Source: a virus
Lineage: Duplodnaviria; Caudoviricetes
Reading direction: 5' to 3' (one strand)
DNA: 56,180 nucleotides
IMG/VR virus record: IMGVR_UViG_3300028595_000015
Coordinates: 1 to 56,180 of that record
Positions 29,733 to 37,863 of the stretch are shown one piece after another (position 1 is the stretch's first letter; each line of letters starts with the position of its first letter). A model generated the notes under the pieces. That model saw only the letters and a list, made by a program, of their open reading frames with translations. It did not search any database and was not told the origin of the DNA. The translations under genes were made by a program, and so were the position numbers.

Positions 29733-29779
29733 CCTCTTCTTTTTCGAAGTTTAGGCAAAAAAATAGGAGGGATACGAAG

Positions 29780-30145
29780 ATGTCACAGAAACTTTATACA
29801 GTTGTATGTGTTTTTTATAACACAGATGGTATAGTTGAAAAAGATTTATATGAAGTTTTAAAAGATCTTCGTATAAATGACATTAGTGATTATATGAAAG
29901 TCGTATATGATCACGTTTATTCTGGTCAGGCTGTTCAGTACAAGATTAAATTAGTATATCGTGATATTTTAATAAATGAAGAAACTTCTAAATTCTATTC
30001 TAAAATAGAACCTTATTTTTTAGGGTATACCGCATATTTAGATTTAAAAGAAGTGGATAGAATGAATCGGATGACTATAGAAGCTAGATTAACAATGTCT
30101 GATTTTGATTTTAATTATATTTTTGGAGGTAAAAATGAGAAATAA
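29780..30145 (+). CDS. Hypothetical protein
   Basis: SD AGGAGG. Confidence 0.65.
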   Translation: MSQKLYTVVCVFYNTDGIVEKDLYEVLKDLRINDISDYMKVVYDHVYSGQAVQYKIKLVYRDILINEETSKFYSKIEPYFLGYTAYLDLKEVDRMNRMTIEARLTMSDFDFNYIFGGKNEK

Positions 30146-30371
30146 AAAAGTATTAATAGCTGGTGCAGTAGTTAGTTTAATAACAAGTTCTTTTATTGTT
30201 GGTTTTAGGGTTGGATTAAAAAGTTCTGAAAAAAATACGAAGTACGCAGGCGTTCTTAGCATAGCCCCCGATGAAAATGGCGATGATCTGTTATATGTAT
30301 CTTTAGATGAACATCCCAAAAATTTATACGGTCTATCGAACGTTGTATTTAAGGTTAATAAATTAGCATAA
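30135..30371 (+). CDS. Small membrane-anchored protein
   Basis: GGAGG then ATG 30135; N-terminal TM. Confidence 0.65.
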   Translation: MRNKKVLIAGAVVSLITSSFIVGFRVGLKSSEKNTKYAGVLSIAPDENGDDLLYVSLDEHPKNLYGLSNVVFKVNKLA

Positions 30372-30392
30372 TTTACATACTGTATAATAGGA
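30364..30392 (+). promoter_or_regulatory. 29-bp motif copy 4 (degenerate)
   Basis: TAGCATAATTTACATACTGTATAATAGGA. Confidence 0.6.
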
Positions 30393-30420
30393 AAAATACT
30401 TAAAAATAGGAGGAAAGAAA

Positions 30421-30987
30421 GTGAAAAAAGACATTAAGGATAATCTTAATAATTTAGTATTAGACGTTTCTAAAGATTATGGGACGGCTACACCAAATGA
30501 GAAAAATGATTTATTTAATCGAATTATTAAAGGTGTTAGTACTGTAAAAGAAGTTGAAGGTCAATCTGTTGAGAATTCAGTTAAACGTAAACAAGTTAAA
30601 CTAGAAGAAAGCAAACAAGAGTTAGAGCGAGATAAGTTAGAATTAGAGCGTAGTAAAGTGAATAATGATATTCGAAAAATAGGGCTTGAAGAGAGCAAAA
30701 TTAATTTTGAGATGAAAAGATTTGAAGCTACTATGAATAATGAAACTTTAAAACTAGAACTAGAGAATGCGAAATTCGGTTTTGAAAAACTAAAATACGA
30801 ACATGAATTATCGAAAGAGAAATCTGACAGACGTTACAATACTATCATAAAATGTATTGAGATTGGATTACCATTATTCGTATATGGAGGCCTGTCTATA
30901 CTATCGTTAAAAGCGATCTATAAAGATGATGAGAGAATTCCTAGTGATACTTGGAACTTCATTAAAGGTGTTTTGAGAAAAAAATAA
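30421..30987 (+). CDS. Cassette gene 4, coiled-coil protein with C-terminal TM
   Basis: LE..K heptads; IGLPLFVYGGLSILSL; hairpin AATAAGGGT/ACCCTTATT at 30983-31007. Confidence 0.75.
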   Translation: MKKDIKDNLNNLVLDVSKDYGTATPNEKNDLFNRIIKGVSTVKEVEGQSVENSVKRKQVKLEESKQELERDKLELERSKVNNDIRKIGLEESKINFEMKRFEATMNNETLKLELENAKFGFEKLKYEHELSKEKSDRRYNTIIKCIEIGLPLFVYGGLSILSLKAIYKDDERIPSDTWNFIKGVLRKK

Positions 30988-31034
30988 GGGTTACACATAC
31001 CCTTATTATTTATATTTAGAAGGAGGAACTTAGG

Positions 31035-31286
31035 TTGTTATTTAAAAAAACATTGGAAAAAGTACACTCAGTAGTAAGTGAGGGTAGTGATAAATTAGAA
31101 AGTTTAGTTTCTAAAGCAGAAGGTTTCGTAGAACAAACAGAAGCTTTAGTTAAAGTAAGCGACAATACAATTAAGATATTAGCTGGTTTTGTTATCGCTT
31201 CAATGGCTATGCAGACATTGGTGTCATACACACAACTACGAGTTAATATTAAGATGTTAAATATTTTAAAGGAGTATAAAAGATAA
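31035..31286 (+). CDS. Small protein with a hydrophobic helix
   Basis: AAGGAGG + TTG start. Confidence 0.6.
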   Translation: MLFKKTLEKVHSVVSEGSDKLESLVSKAEGFVEQTEALVKVSDNTIKILAGFVIASMAMQTLVSYTQLRVNIKMLNILKEYKR

Positions 31287-31528
31287 TGAGACATAGGATT
31301 AATAATAATCAGAACGAACTATCTATTCGTAATCGTAGTATATATGAGGAACGGGTAGGTGGGGCAATGGTTATAGAGTTGTCCGACAAGTATGGACTAT
31401 CTATACCTAGGATACACAGAATTTGTCAACAAGAAGAGCTTAAAGAGCTTAGAGAAACAAATATTAGATTGGAAAATCGTGTAAATTCTTGTGAGAATAT
31501 ACTGCAACATAAAAGGAAAGAAAAGTAA
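31286..31528 (+). CDS. Small helix-turn-helix protein (Mor/sigma region 4-like) with C-terminal coiled coil
   Basis: RNRSIY....G....ELSDKYGLS..RIHRIC. Confidence 0.7.
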   Translation: MRHRINNNQNELSIRNRSIYEERVGGAMVIELSDKYGLSIPRIHRICQQEELKELRETNIRLENRVNSCENILQHKRKEK

Positions 31529-31556
31529 CGCGTTTTTTACATATAATTATATAGAA
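31528..31556 (+). promoter_or_regulatory. 29-bp motif copy 5
   Basis: ACGCGTTTTTTACATATAATTATATAGAA. Confidence 0.75.
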
Positions 31557-31585
31557 TCATAAAACTATAAGGAGGATTTAAAGTT

Positions 31586-31951
31586 ATGAAAAAAGAAATT
31601 GTTAAAGGTTTATTAAAGAAAGCTGATGGTGTAATAGTAGCAACCTTAACCGGTTTAGCAACCGGCGGAGGATTGTATATTGCGTTAGTAGGCTTAGATA
31701 AAAGAGGACCTAGGGCTATTTCTAGAGCTGCAAATTTGGCTGTATATCATGGTTTAAAAGAAGGAGACATTCAGGAAGTCTTACTATTTGATTATGGCAT
31801 TCCATTTATCGAAGGTAAAACAGCTACTTGCGTTGCAATGTATAAAGTTAAAAAGATTAAAGATAACGGGAAATACAAAATGCAATATGTAGCCGAAAGA
31901 ACTTTTACAAAAGATGAAGTAGAAGATGCTGTAATGGTTGGATTTTTGTAA
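31586..31951 (+). CDS. Cassette gene 5, protein with N-terminal Gly-rich TM
   Basis: VIVATLTGLATGGGLYIALVGL; hairpin + T tract at 31950-31980. Confidence 0.75.
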   Translation: MKKEIVKGLLKKADGVIVATLTGLATGGGLYIALVGLDKRGPRAISRAANLAVYHGLKEGDIQEVLLFDYGIPFIEGKTATCVAMYKVKKIKDNGKYKMQYVAERTFTKDEVEDAVMVGFL

Positions 31952-31995
31952 GGAAGAGCGTTTGCTCTCCTTTTTATTTTTATAGGTATATTCTT

Positions 31996-32355
31996 ATGGG
32001 AAAAAAGAGTAAGTATATAGTTCATAGTTTATCTCCTAGATGGTCATTTTTAGATGGATATTCTTGTAACTCTTTAGATGAAGGGCATTTTATAAGACAT
32101 TTAGGTTATCGATTTAAAAATTATTGTGCTATGCATGAAATAAATGTAGCCAAAGATAACTTGGAAATAGCTATAGAGAAATGCAAAAAGAAAACAAGTA
32201 ATGTTAAATCAAGACCAATGAAAAAGTATTACTTGGTCGATGAATATTGGGGAGATTATGGATATATTATAGTTGTTAGGTATGGCGATACTGAATTGAA
32301 AAAGCAGTTTGTCTCTGATTCAGAAGCATTACAGTGGATGTCGGAAAATTGCTAA
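31996..32355 (+). CDS. Hypothetical protein
   Basis: ORF fills the gap; weak SD AGGT. Confidence 0.55.
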   Translation: MGKKSKYIVHSLSPRWSFLDGYSCNSLDEGHFIRHLGYRFKNYCAMHEINVAKDNLEIAIEKCKKKTSNVKSRPMKKYYLVDEYWGDYGYIIVVRYGDTELKKQFVSDSEALQWMSENC

Positions 32356-32358
32356 GCT

Positions 32359-32387
32359 ACGCAAATTATACATGCCCCTTTATAGAA
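32359..32387 (+). promoter_or_regulatory. 29-bp motif copy 6
   Basis: ACGCAAATTATACATGCCCCTTTATAGAA. Confidence 0.75.
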
Positions 32388-32417
32388 AGTATTAAAAATA
32401 AAAGGAGGATTTTTAGA

Positions 32418-32627
32418 ATGAATTCATTAACAAAAATTACATTAGTAACTGGGATTGCTAGTTTAGCAGTGTCAATTGGTTTTGGTATTATGGATGTACG
32501 TGATGCACGAAAGGGTAAGAAACGTATGCACAAGGAAGACATTAGTCAATTGGCTGCTGAGATTGCTTTATTCCAGACTGTAATTAACAGTTCGAATTCT
32601 GTAGAAGAAAAAGAACCTAAGAAATGA
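32418..32627 (+). CDS. Cassette gene 6, small membrane protein
   Basis: AAAGGAGG then ATG 32418; ITLVTGIASLAVSIGFGI; 13-bp stem at 32639-32674. Confidence 0.75.
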   Translation: MNSLTKITLVTGIASLAVSIGFGIMDVRDARKGKKRMHKEDISQLAAEIALFQTVINSSNSVEEKEPKK

Positions 32628-32709
32628 TATTTTTAATTAAGTATTAGTGTTATAAACAAACACTGATACTTTTTATTAATAAAAAAAATAAATTAGAAGG
32701 AGACTTAGA

Positions 32710-33576
32710 GTGAATATTAGAACTAAACAAAATTTTGCTATCACCCTAGCGTTATTAAGCGCTGTTGGAACTGTCGCTACTGGATATTTGACTAGGGAAG
32801 CTGCAAAGAAAGAAGTAAAAACTTATAATGGCGTGTTGCCTTATAAGAAAGGAAACTTTATAGATATAATTAAAATCTATAAATACCCATTATTAGTAGG
32901 TGGAGTAACTGTGTCATCTATAATCGGTTCTACTATTATGAGTAGAAAAGCAGAGGCATCTTTGCTTAGTATGGCGGTAATGGCCGACCAAGGATGGCGT
33001 CGATATAAACATCAGGTAAAAGATGCATTAGGCATTGAAGCTCATGAAAATATCGTAAAAGGAATTGCTAAGAAAAATCCTCCAAAAATAAAAAGTGGCG
33101 GGGATGATGATTTGACTCTCTATTACGATGAGATAATAGGATATTTTCAAGCAAAACCAGAAGATATGATGTATGCATATGCTACAATGAATGAGATGCT
33201 TACAACGTCTTTTGGAGATTCTTCCGTTAACAAGTATGGTGGTATAACATTGATGGATTTTGTTAGATTGTCTAAAGCAAGGTTAGTAAATGATGTTGAT
33301 GAAGAAATTTTAACTTCTTGGGGTTGGGGAATGGATTATCTAAATGAATGTTATGGTGAAATTTGGATACATATGGGATTCTCCCCTGAAAAAACAGATG
33401 ATGATGTTATAGACATTGTTGCGATAACTTGGTTAGAAGAACCAGTTTTAATAATGGATTATGATGATAATCTTGATGCTAAATTTTCTCATGAGGAAAC
33501 AAGAAAATTGGTTTTTAATGATTATATCGAAGATGGTGTTTTAAAAGATACTTCAGTAAAAAGAAATAAGAAATAG
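32710..33576 (+). CDS. Paralogous family protein A (DUF6353-like)
   Basis: Two hydrophobic N-terminal helices; shares architecture with 33581 and 35472. Confidence 0.6.
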   Translation: MNIRTKQNFAITLALLSAVGTVATGYLTREAAKKEVKTYNGVLPYKKGNFIDIIKIYKYPLLVGGVTVSSIIGSTIMSRKAEASLLSMAVMADQGWRRYKHQVKDALGIEAHENIVKGIAKKNPPKIKSGGDDDLTLYYDEIIGYFQAKPEDMMYAYATMNEMLTTSFGDSSVNKYGGITLMDFVRLSKARLVNDVDEEILTSWGWGMDYLNECYGEIWIHMGFSPEKTDDDVIDIVAITWLEEPVLIMDYDDNLDAKFSHEETRKLVFNDYIEDGVLKDTSVKRNKK

Positions 33577-33580
33577 AGGT

Positions 33581-34360
33581 GTGCCGAAAATGAAGAATAA
33601 CTTACTTAAATCAATAAAACCCTTTGTGGTTAGACATGAGCCTGAGGTTTTAATAACTATGGGTATTATGGGAATGATATTTTCAACCGTATGGGGTGTT
33701 AGAGCTACTGAAAAAGCGGTGCGAAAGTTGGATATTAAAAAGAAAGAGTTAGATAAGGACAAACTTACATTACCAGAAGTACTTAATGAAACATGGAAAT
33801 TATATTTACCTGTTGTTATAAGTACGGCGGTATCTATTCCTTGTATAATAGCAAGTAATCGGGTTTCGAATAACAGAAATGTTGCTTTGGCTGCTGCTTA
33901 TACTGTAACAGAAACAGCCTTACAAGAGTATCAGGATAAGACAAAAGAAGTTATTGGAGATTCTAATTATGAGAAGATTCAAGAAGCTTTATCGGACGAT
34001 AAAGTTAAAAATAATTACGCTCAAGGCAATGTTATTATGATAGGCGATGGTGACGCAATGTTTTATGAACCAATCTCTAATAGATATTTTAAATCTAACT
34101 GGAATAGAATATCTAAGGCTGCTAACGAATTAAACGCATCAGCAATAAGCGATATGTGTGGCGAAGTTACGCTTAATGATTGGTATGATATTTTAGGTTT
34201 ACCTCCGATTTATGGCGGAGATGGTAATGAACGTGGTTGGACCATTATTGATGGTAAGGATGGACTGATTGATATTTCAATCGATGCTGTTCTAACACCG
34301 AAGGACGAACCATGTGGCGCAATAAGATATAACGTATTGCCTAAACACCTTGGTAAGTAA
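33581..34360 (+). CDS. Paralogous family protein B (DUF6353-like)
   Basis: PEVL..G......AV.AT.KA, ALAAAYT, TLNDWYDILGL, GW. Confidence 0.65.
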   Translation: MPKMKNNLLKSIKPFVVRHEPEVLITMGIMGMIFSTVWGVRATEKAVRKLDIKKKELDKDKLTLPEVLNETWKLYLPVVISTAVSIPCIIASNRVSNNRNVALAAAYTVTETALQEYQDKTKEVIGDSNYEKIQEALSDDKVKNNYAQGNVIMIGDGDAMFYEPISNRYFKSNWNRISKAANELNASAISDMCGEVTLNDWYDILGLPPIYGGDGNERGWTIIDGKDGLIDISIDAVLTPKDEPCGAIRYNVLPKHLGK

Positions 34361-34381
34361 GGTTATTAGGTTTCTATATTC

Positions 34382-34476
34382 TCCAATGGTATGGTGTAAA
34401 AAATAACTGTGTTGAGTCGCGTTCGCTGAATGATAAATTCTTAAATATGCGCTGTATTCAACATGGTTACGTTGGA
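34382..34476 (+). ncRNA. Candidate structured non-coding RNA (long imperfect hairpin)
   Basis: Nested pairings 34382-87/34471-76, 34404-17/34456-69 and 34418-22/34447-51 with several G-U pairs; intergenic. Confidence 0.45.
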
Positions 34477-34490
34477 ACACATATCTTTAA

Positions 34491-34519
34491 ACGCGTTTTT
34501 TACAAAGGTTATAATGAGG
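34491..34519 (+). promoter_or_regulatory. 29-bp motif copy 7 (degenerate)
   Basis: ACGCGTTTTTTACAAAGGTTATAATGAGG. Confidence 0.6.
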
Positions 34520-34561
34520 GAAACCTTATTTTATAAAAATAATGAAGAAGGAGATTTAATT

Positions 34562-34753
34562 ATGGACAAAAATGAAGTTTTAGCAGAAGTTGCAGAAGCA
34601 ACGGTAGAACAAGCTAGTATTGTTAAGAAAGCTGCTCCTGTAGTATTACCAGCGGTAGTATTATTTGGATTAGGATTTTTAGGATTCAGAGTTTGGAAAA
34701 ACCGTAAAGCTAAAAAGAACGTTTTAGAAGTAAATCCACCTGTCAGTGAATAG
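34562..34753 (+). CDS. Cassette gene 7, small single-pass membrane protein
   Basis: AAGGAG then ATG 34562; VVLPAVVLFGLGFLGF followed by a basic tail; 13-bp stem at 34775-34816. Confidence 0.75.
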   Translation: MDKNEVLAEVAEATVEQASIVKKAAPVVLPAVVLFGLGFLGFRVWKNRKAKKNVLEVNPPVSE

Positions 34754-34848
34754 ATAGTTGGGCCCCTTAAGGATTATAAAGGATGGTATTGAAAACACCG
34801 TCCTTTATATTTTTTTAACAAAATTAAATATATTAGATAGGAGTTATT

Positions 34849-35460
34849 ATGAATAGATTTGAAGGTAATTCCAATGCGAATAAAAAAGAACCTGAGAAAA
34901 GGAAAAAATTAGATACGGTTACAACTAATGTTGCTGTAAAAAAAGAATCTGAGTTTAAGAAGTTTAAACAGAATTTTTTCGCTGAGGATGCAAAAACAGT
35001 TAAAGGGCAAGTGTTTACTGGTGTTATTATACCTGGGATACAGAGGTTAATAACTGATATGGTTAAGACTGGTATAGATGTTCTTATCTATGGAGGAAGA
35101 GCCAAAGATAGTAAAAGCAGAAGTAGTCATATAAGTTATTCTGGGTATTATCAAGATAGAAATAACAATTATAACTATAACAAAATACCGGGCGGAACAT
35201 CATATGCTAGAAGAGATATATTCTCTTTTAATGAGGTTTCTTTTTATGATAGAGTAGAAGCTGAAGAGGTATTAATTAATTTAAATGAACAAATAGAATC
35301 ATACGGAATGGTTTCGGTTGCTGATTTTTATGACATGATAGGTCAATCAGCACCTTATACGGCAAATAAGTATGGTTGGAGAGATTTACGAGATGTTGCG
35401 ATAATTAGTGTGAGAGGTGGATATTCCATAGACTTGCCTAAGGCACATCCATTAGATTAG
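34849..35460 (+). CDS. Conserved-type phage protein sharing the C-terminal motif of the paralogous family
   Basis: YG.VSVADFYDMIG.......YGW.DL. Confidence 0.65.
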   Translation: MNRFEGNSNANKKEPEKRKKLDTVTTNVAVKKESEFKKFKQNFFAEDAKTVKGQVFTGVIIPGIQRLITDMVKTGIDVLIYGGRAKDSKSRSSHISYSGYYQDRNNNYNYNKIPGGTSYARRDIFSFNEVSFYDRVEAEEVLINLNEQIESYGMVSVADFYDMIGQSAPYTANKYGWRDLRDVAIISVRGGYSIDLPKAHPLD

Positions 35461-35471
35461 GAGGATTTTAT

Positions 35472-36458
35472 ATGAACAAATTTGGAATGATATTTAACAG
35501 AGCTAGTTTTTTAGTAAAGAAAAAATCACCAGAATTATTGGTGATAAGTAGTATTGTAGCAGCTGCAGGAAGTATTGTTTTGGCAATTAAAGCTACACCT
35601 AAAGCACAAAATATTCTATCGGACGCTAATAAAAATATTGATCGTATCAAAAGTGACATGACTGATTACAATAAGTTAACAAACGACCAATACTCTGTTA
35701 GTTTAGGCAAAAAAGAATTAACGAAAGAATATGCTTTAACTGTTGTTAAATTAGGTAAAGTTTATGCACCGACTATTATTGGTTTTGGGTTAACTGTTGG
35801 AGGAATCCTTGGTTCTCATAAAATTATGAAGGGTCGTCAAGTTGCCTTAGCAGCTGCCTATACAACTTTAGAAAATGGTTATCGTTCTTATAGAGAGCGT
35901 GTTGCTGATAAGGTTGGAGAAAAAGTTGAGAATGATATTTTCAGAAATGTTTATTCTGAAAAGAAAGATGTTATAGAAATTGATAAGGATGGTAATGAGG
36001 TTGTGAAATCTAAGAATGTAAAATGTCCTCATGTAGAAGCGGACAAGGACTTTACAGTTATATTTGATCATAATGCTCCTGATTGGATGAGGGACACAAA
36101 TGCCACCTTAAACCTTTTGGCAATGAAACAGAAATACCTAAACCAAAAATTGGCTTATTCTGGAGCTTTATTCTTACATGAGGTTTATGAGGAAATAGGC
36201 ATTGATATTGCAACATTAGGTGATCGTAAGGCCCAGGCTTCTAGAGTTTTGGGATGGTTATATGACCCGGAAGATCCTACAAGAGATAGCTTTATTTCTT
36301 TAGGGTTATTCGATCAAATGGGGAATAAAAATGAGTATGCAATGAATGCTCTTAGAAGTAACGCACAAGAATTAATTCTTGAGTTTAATGTGGATGGAGA
36401 TATTTTAACTGGAGATAACGGTAATAAAATGTTCGCCAACTATAGAAAGGTGATTTAA
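35472..36458 (+). CDS. Paralogous family protein C (DUF6353-like)
   Basis: KK.SPELL, KATPKA, ALAAAYT, YR.RV, LFLHEVYEEIG, LGW, L.FNVDG. Confidence 0.7.
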   Translation: MNKFGMIFNRASFLVKKKSPELLVISSIVAAAGSIVLAIKATPKAQNILSDANKNIDRIKSDMTDYNKLTNDQYSVSLGKKELTKEYALTVVKLGKVYAPTIIGFGLTVGGILGSHKIMKGRQVALAAAYTTLENGYRSYRERVADKVGEKVENDIFRNVYSEKKDVIEIDKDGNEVVKSKNVKCPHVEADKDFTVIFDHNAPDWMRDTNATLNLLAMKQKYLNQKLAYSGALFLHEVYEEIGIDIATLGDRKAQASRVLGWLYDPEDPTRDSFISLGLFDQMGNKNEYAMNALRSNAQELILEFNVDGDILTGDNGNKMFANYRKVI

Positions 36459-36459
36459 T

Positions 36460-37095
36460 ATGACTAAAAAAATTATTAATTCATTAGTAATTGTGTTGGT
36501 GGGCCTCTCTGGTTATAAAATTGGAGAGGTTTTAACTTCCAGAAAATATGAGAAGCGAATAAATAAGGAAATAAATGATATTCGGTCTTATTATAAAATT
36601 CGTTTGAATAAACTTTACGGAGTTAAAGAAGAAAAAGAGGAAAAAGAGGAAAAAGAAATCGTAAACAATAAAAGAATTACCGATGATTTAAAGAATCCAA
36701 AAAAGAATGAGAAAGACTCTATACGTACTGATGCAATTGATTATTCTAAACCATACAGAACTAATACGCCAGATAGAGTCGTTGGCGAACCTGGTGAAAC
36801 AAAAGTCGCTATTGAAGAAGATTATGTGGACACGACAAAACCTCATATAATTACTCCTGAAGAGTATGGTCTTAGTGAATATCAGACAGTTACACTATTC
36901 TATACGGTTGATAAGGTTCTAACGGACGACGATTTTAATCAAATTGATAACGTTGGAATAGTTGGAGGGTATGTGTTATTAGACCAAATTGGTATTTACG
37001 ACGCAGATTGTCTTTATATTCGCGATATTAATAAAGGTATCGATTATGAGATACTTCTAGAAGAGAGGGAGTTTTCTAAGCTTCAACAGCTTTAA
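36460..37095 (+). CDS. Membrane-anchored hypothetical protein
   Basis: N-terminal TM, charged linker, PHIITPEEY...LYIR.....DYEI C-terminal domain. Confidence 0.65.
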   Translation: MTKKIINSLVIVLVGLSGYKIGEVLTSRKYEKRINKEINDIRSYYKIRLNKLYGVKEEKEEKEEKEIVNNKRITDDLKNPKKNEKDSIRTDAIDYSKPYRTNTPDRVVGEPGETKVAIEEDYVDTTKPHIITPEEYGLSEYQTVTLFYTVDKVLTDDDFNQIDNVGIVGGYVLLDQIGIYDADCLYIRDINKGIDYEILLEEREFSKLQQL

Positions 37096-37108
37096 AACTC
37101 ATTAATAG

Positions 37109-37651
37109 ATGTTTTCATTAGAAGGTACTTATTTAGAATGGGTAGCCAGTAAGATAATGCCGTCTATTTATGATAGGCGTAATTACAGCAATTTGATTGA
37201 CCTGTTACATTCTTTTATATTTAGGTATAAACTCCCGATGGACGAAAATCGTATGCTCGATGGAATTGACTTGCGTTATCGGTTTGCGTATGAGAATGGA
37301 TATTCTAATGACGAAGTTAGTTCTATTGGCTACCGTAACTCTTGTAGTGTTTTAGAAATGATGGTTGCGTTATCTATAAAAGGTGACGAGCGTATTTTAT
37401 ATGACTATGAAACAGGAGAGAAAGCAGACTTTATATTTATGTCAATGCTTAGGTCGTTGGAATTAGATGGGATGGTTAATGATGTATTCGACAATGAACG
37501 TGTTAGTTCTGTAGTAGAGGATATGCTCGATCGAGAGTATTGTCCTAATGGAAAGGGTGGATTATTTACCGTTGATTCACCTAGAAAAGATATGAGAGAT
37601 GTTGATATTTGGTACCAAATGAATTGGTACATTCAGCAAATATTAGAATAG
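37109..37651 (+). CDS. Hypothetical protein upstream of the replicase
   Basis: DENR..DG.DLR, CSVLEMMVAL, G.GGLF, IWYQM. Confidence 0.65.
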   Translation: MFSLEGTYLEWVASKIMPSIYDRRNYSNLIDLLHSFIFRYKLPMDENRMLDGIDLRYRFAYENGYSNDEVSSIGYRNSCSVLEMMVALSIKGDERILYDYETGEKADFIFMSMLRSLELDGMVNDVFDNERVSSVVEDMLDREYCPNGKGGLFTVDSPRKDMRDVDIWYQMNWYIQQILE

Positions 37652-37671
37652 AGAAAAGGAGAATTTAGATT

Positions 37672-37851
37672 ATGATTAGATTACTATTGGAAAGACACCC
37701 TTTTTTAACTGGAGTAGCGGTTGGAATGTTTGGTAGTCGCGCACTTAGAAGAAAATTGAATACGTTTCTGGATAAAAACGTTACTTTCATAAGCGTTAAA
37801 ATGGAAAAACCAGATACTGAAAAAGAATCTAATGAAATAAAAGAAGATTAA
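37672..37851 (+). CDS. 59-aa protein below the ORF-track cutoff
   Basis: SD AAAGGAG; MIRLLLERHPFLTGVAVGMFGSRAL...; fills the gap exactly. Confidence 0.6.
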   Translation: MIRLLLERHPFLTGVAVGMFGSRALRRKLNTFLDKNVTFISVKMEKPDTEKESNEIKED

Positions 37852-37863
37852 GTAGGTATTACT

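Noticed and set aside
34382-34476. tRNA gene
   Set aside because: Contains GTTCG but no cloverleaf, acceptor stem or CCA; kept only as a generic hairpin RNA candidate
36624-36656. Short 9-bp tandem repeat encoding (KEE)n
   Set aside because: Ordinary low-complexity linker in a charged region; no further structure
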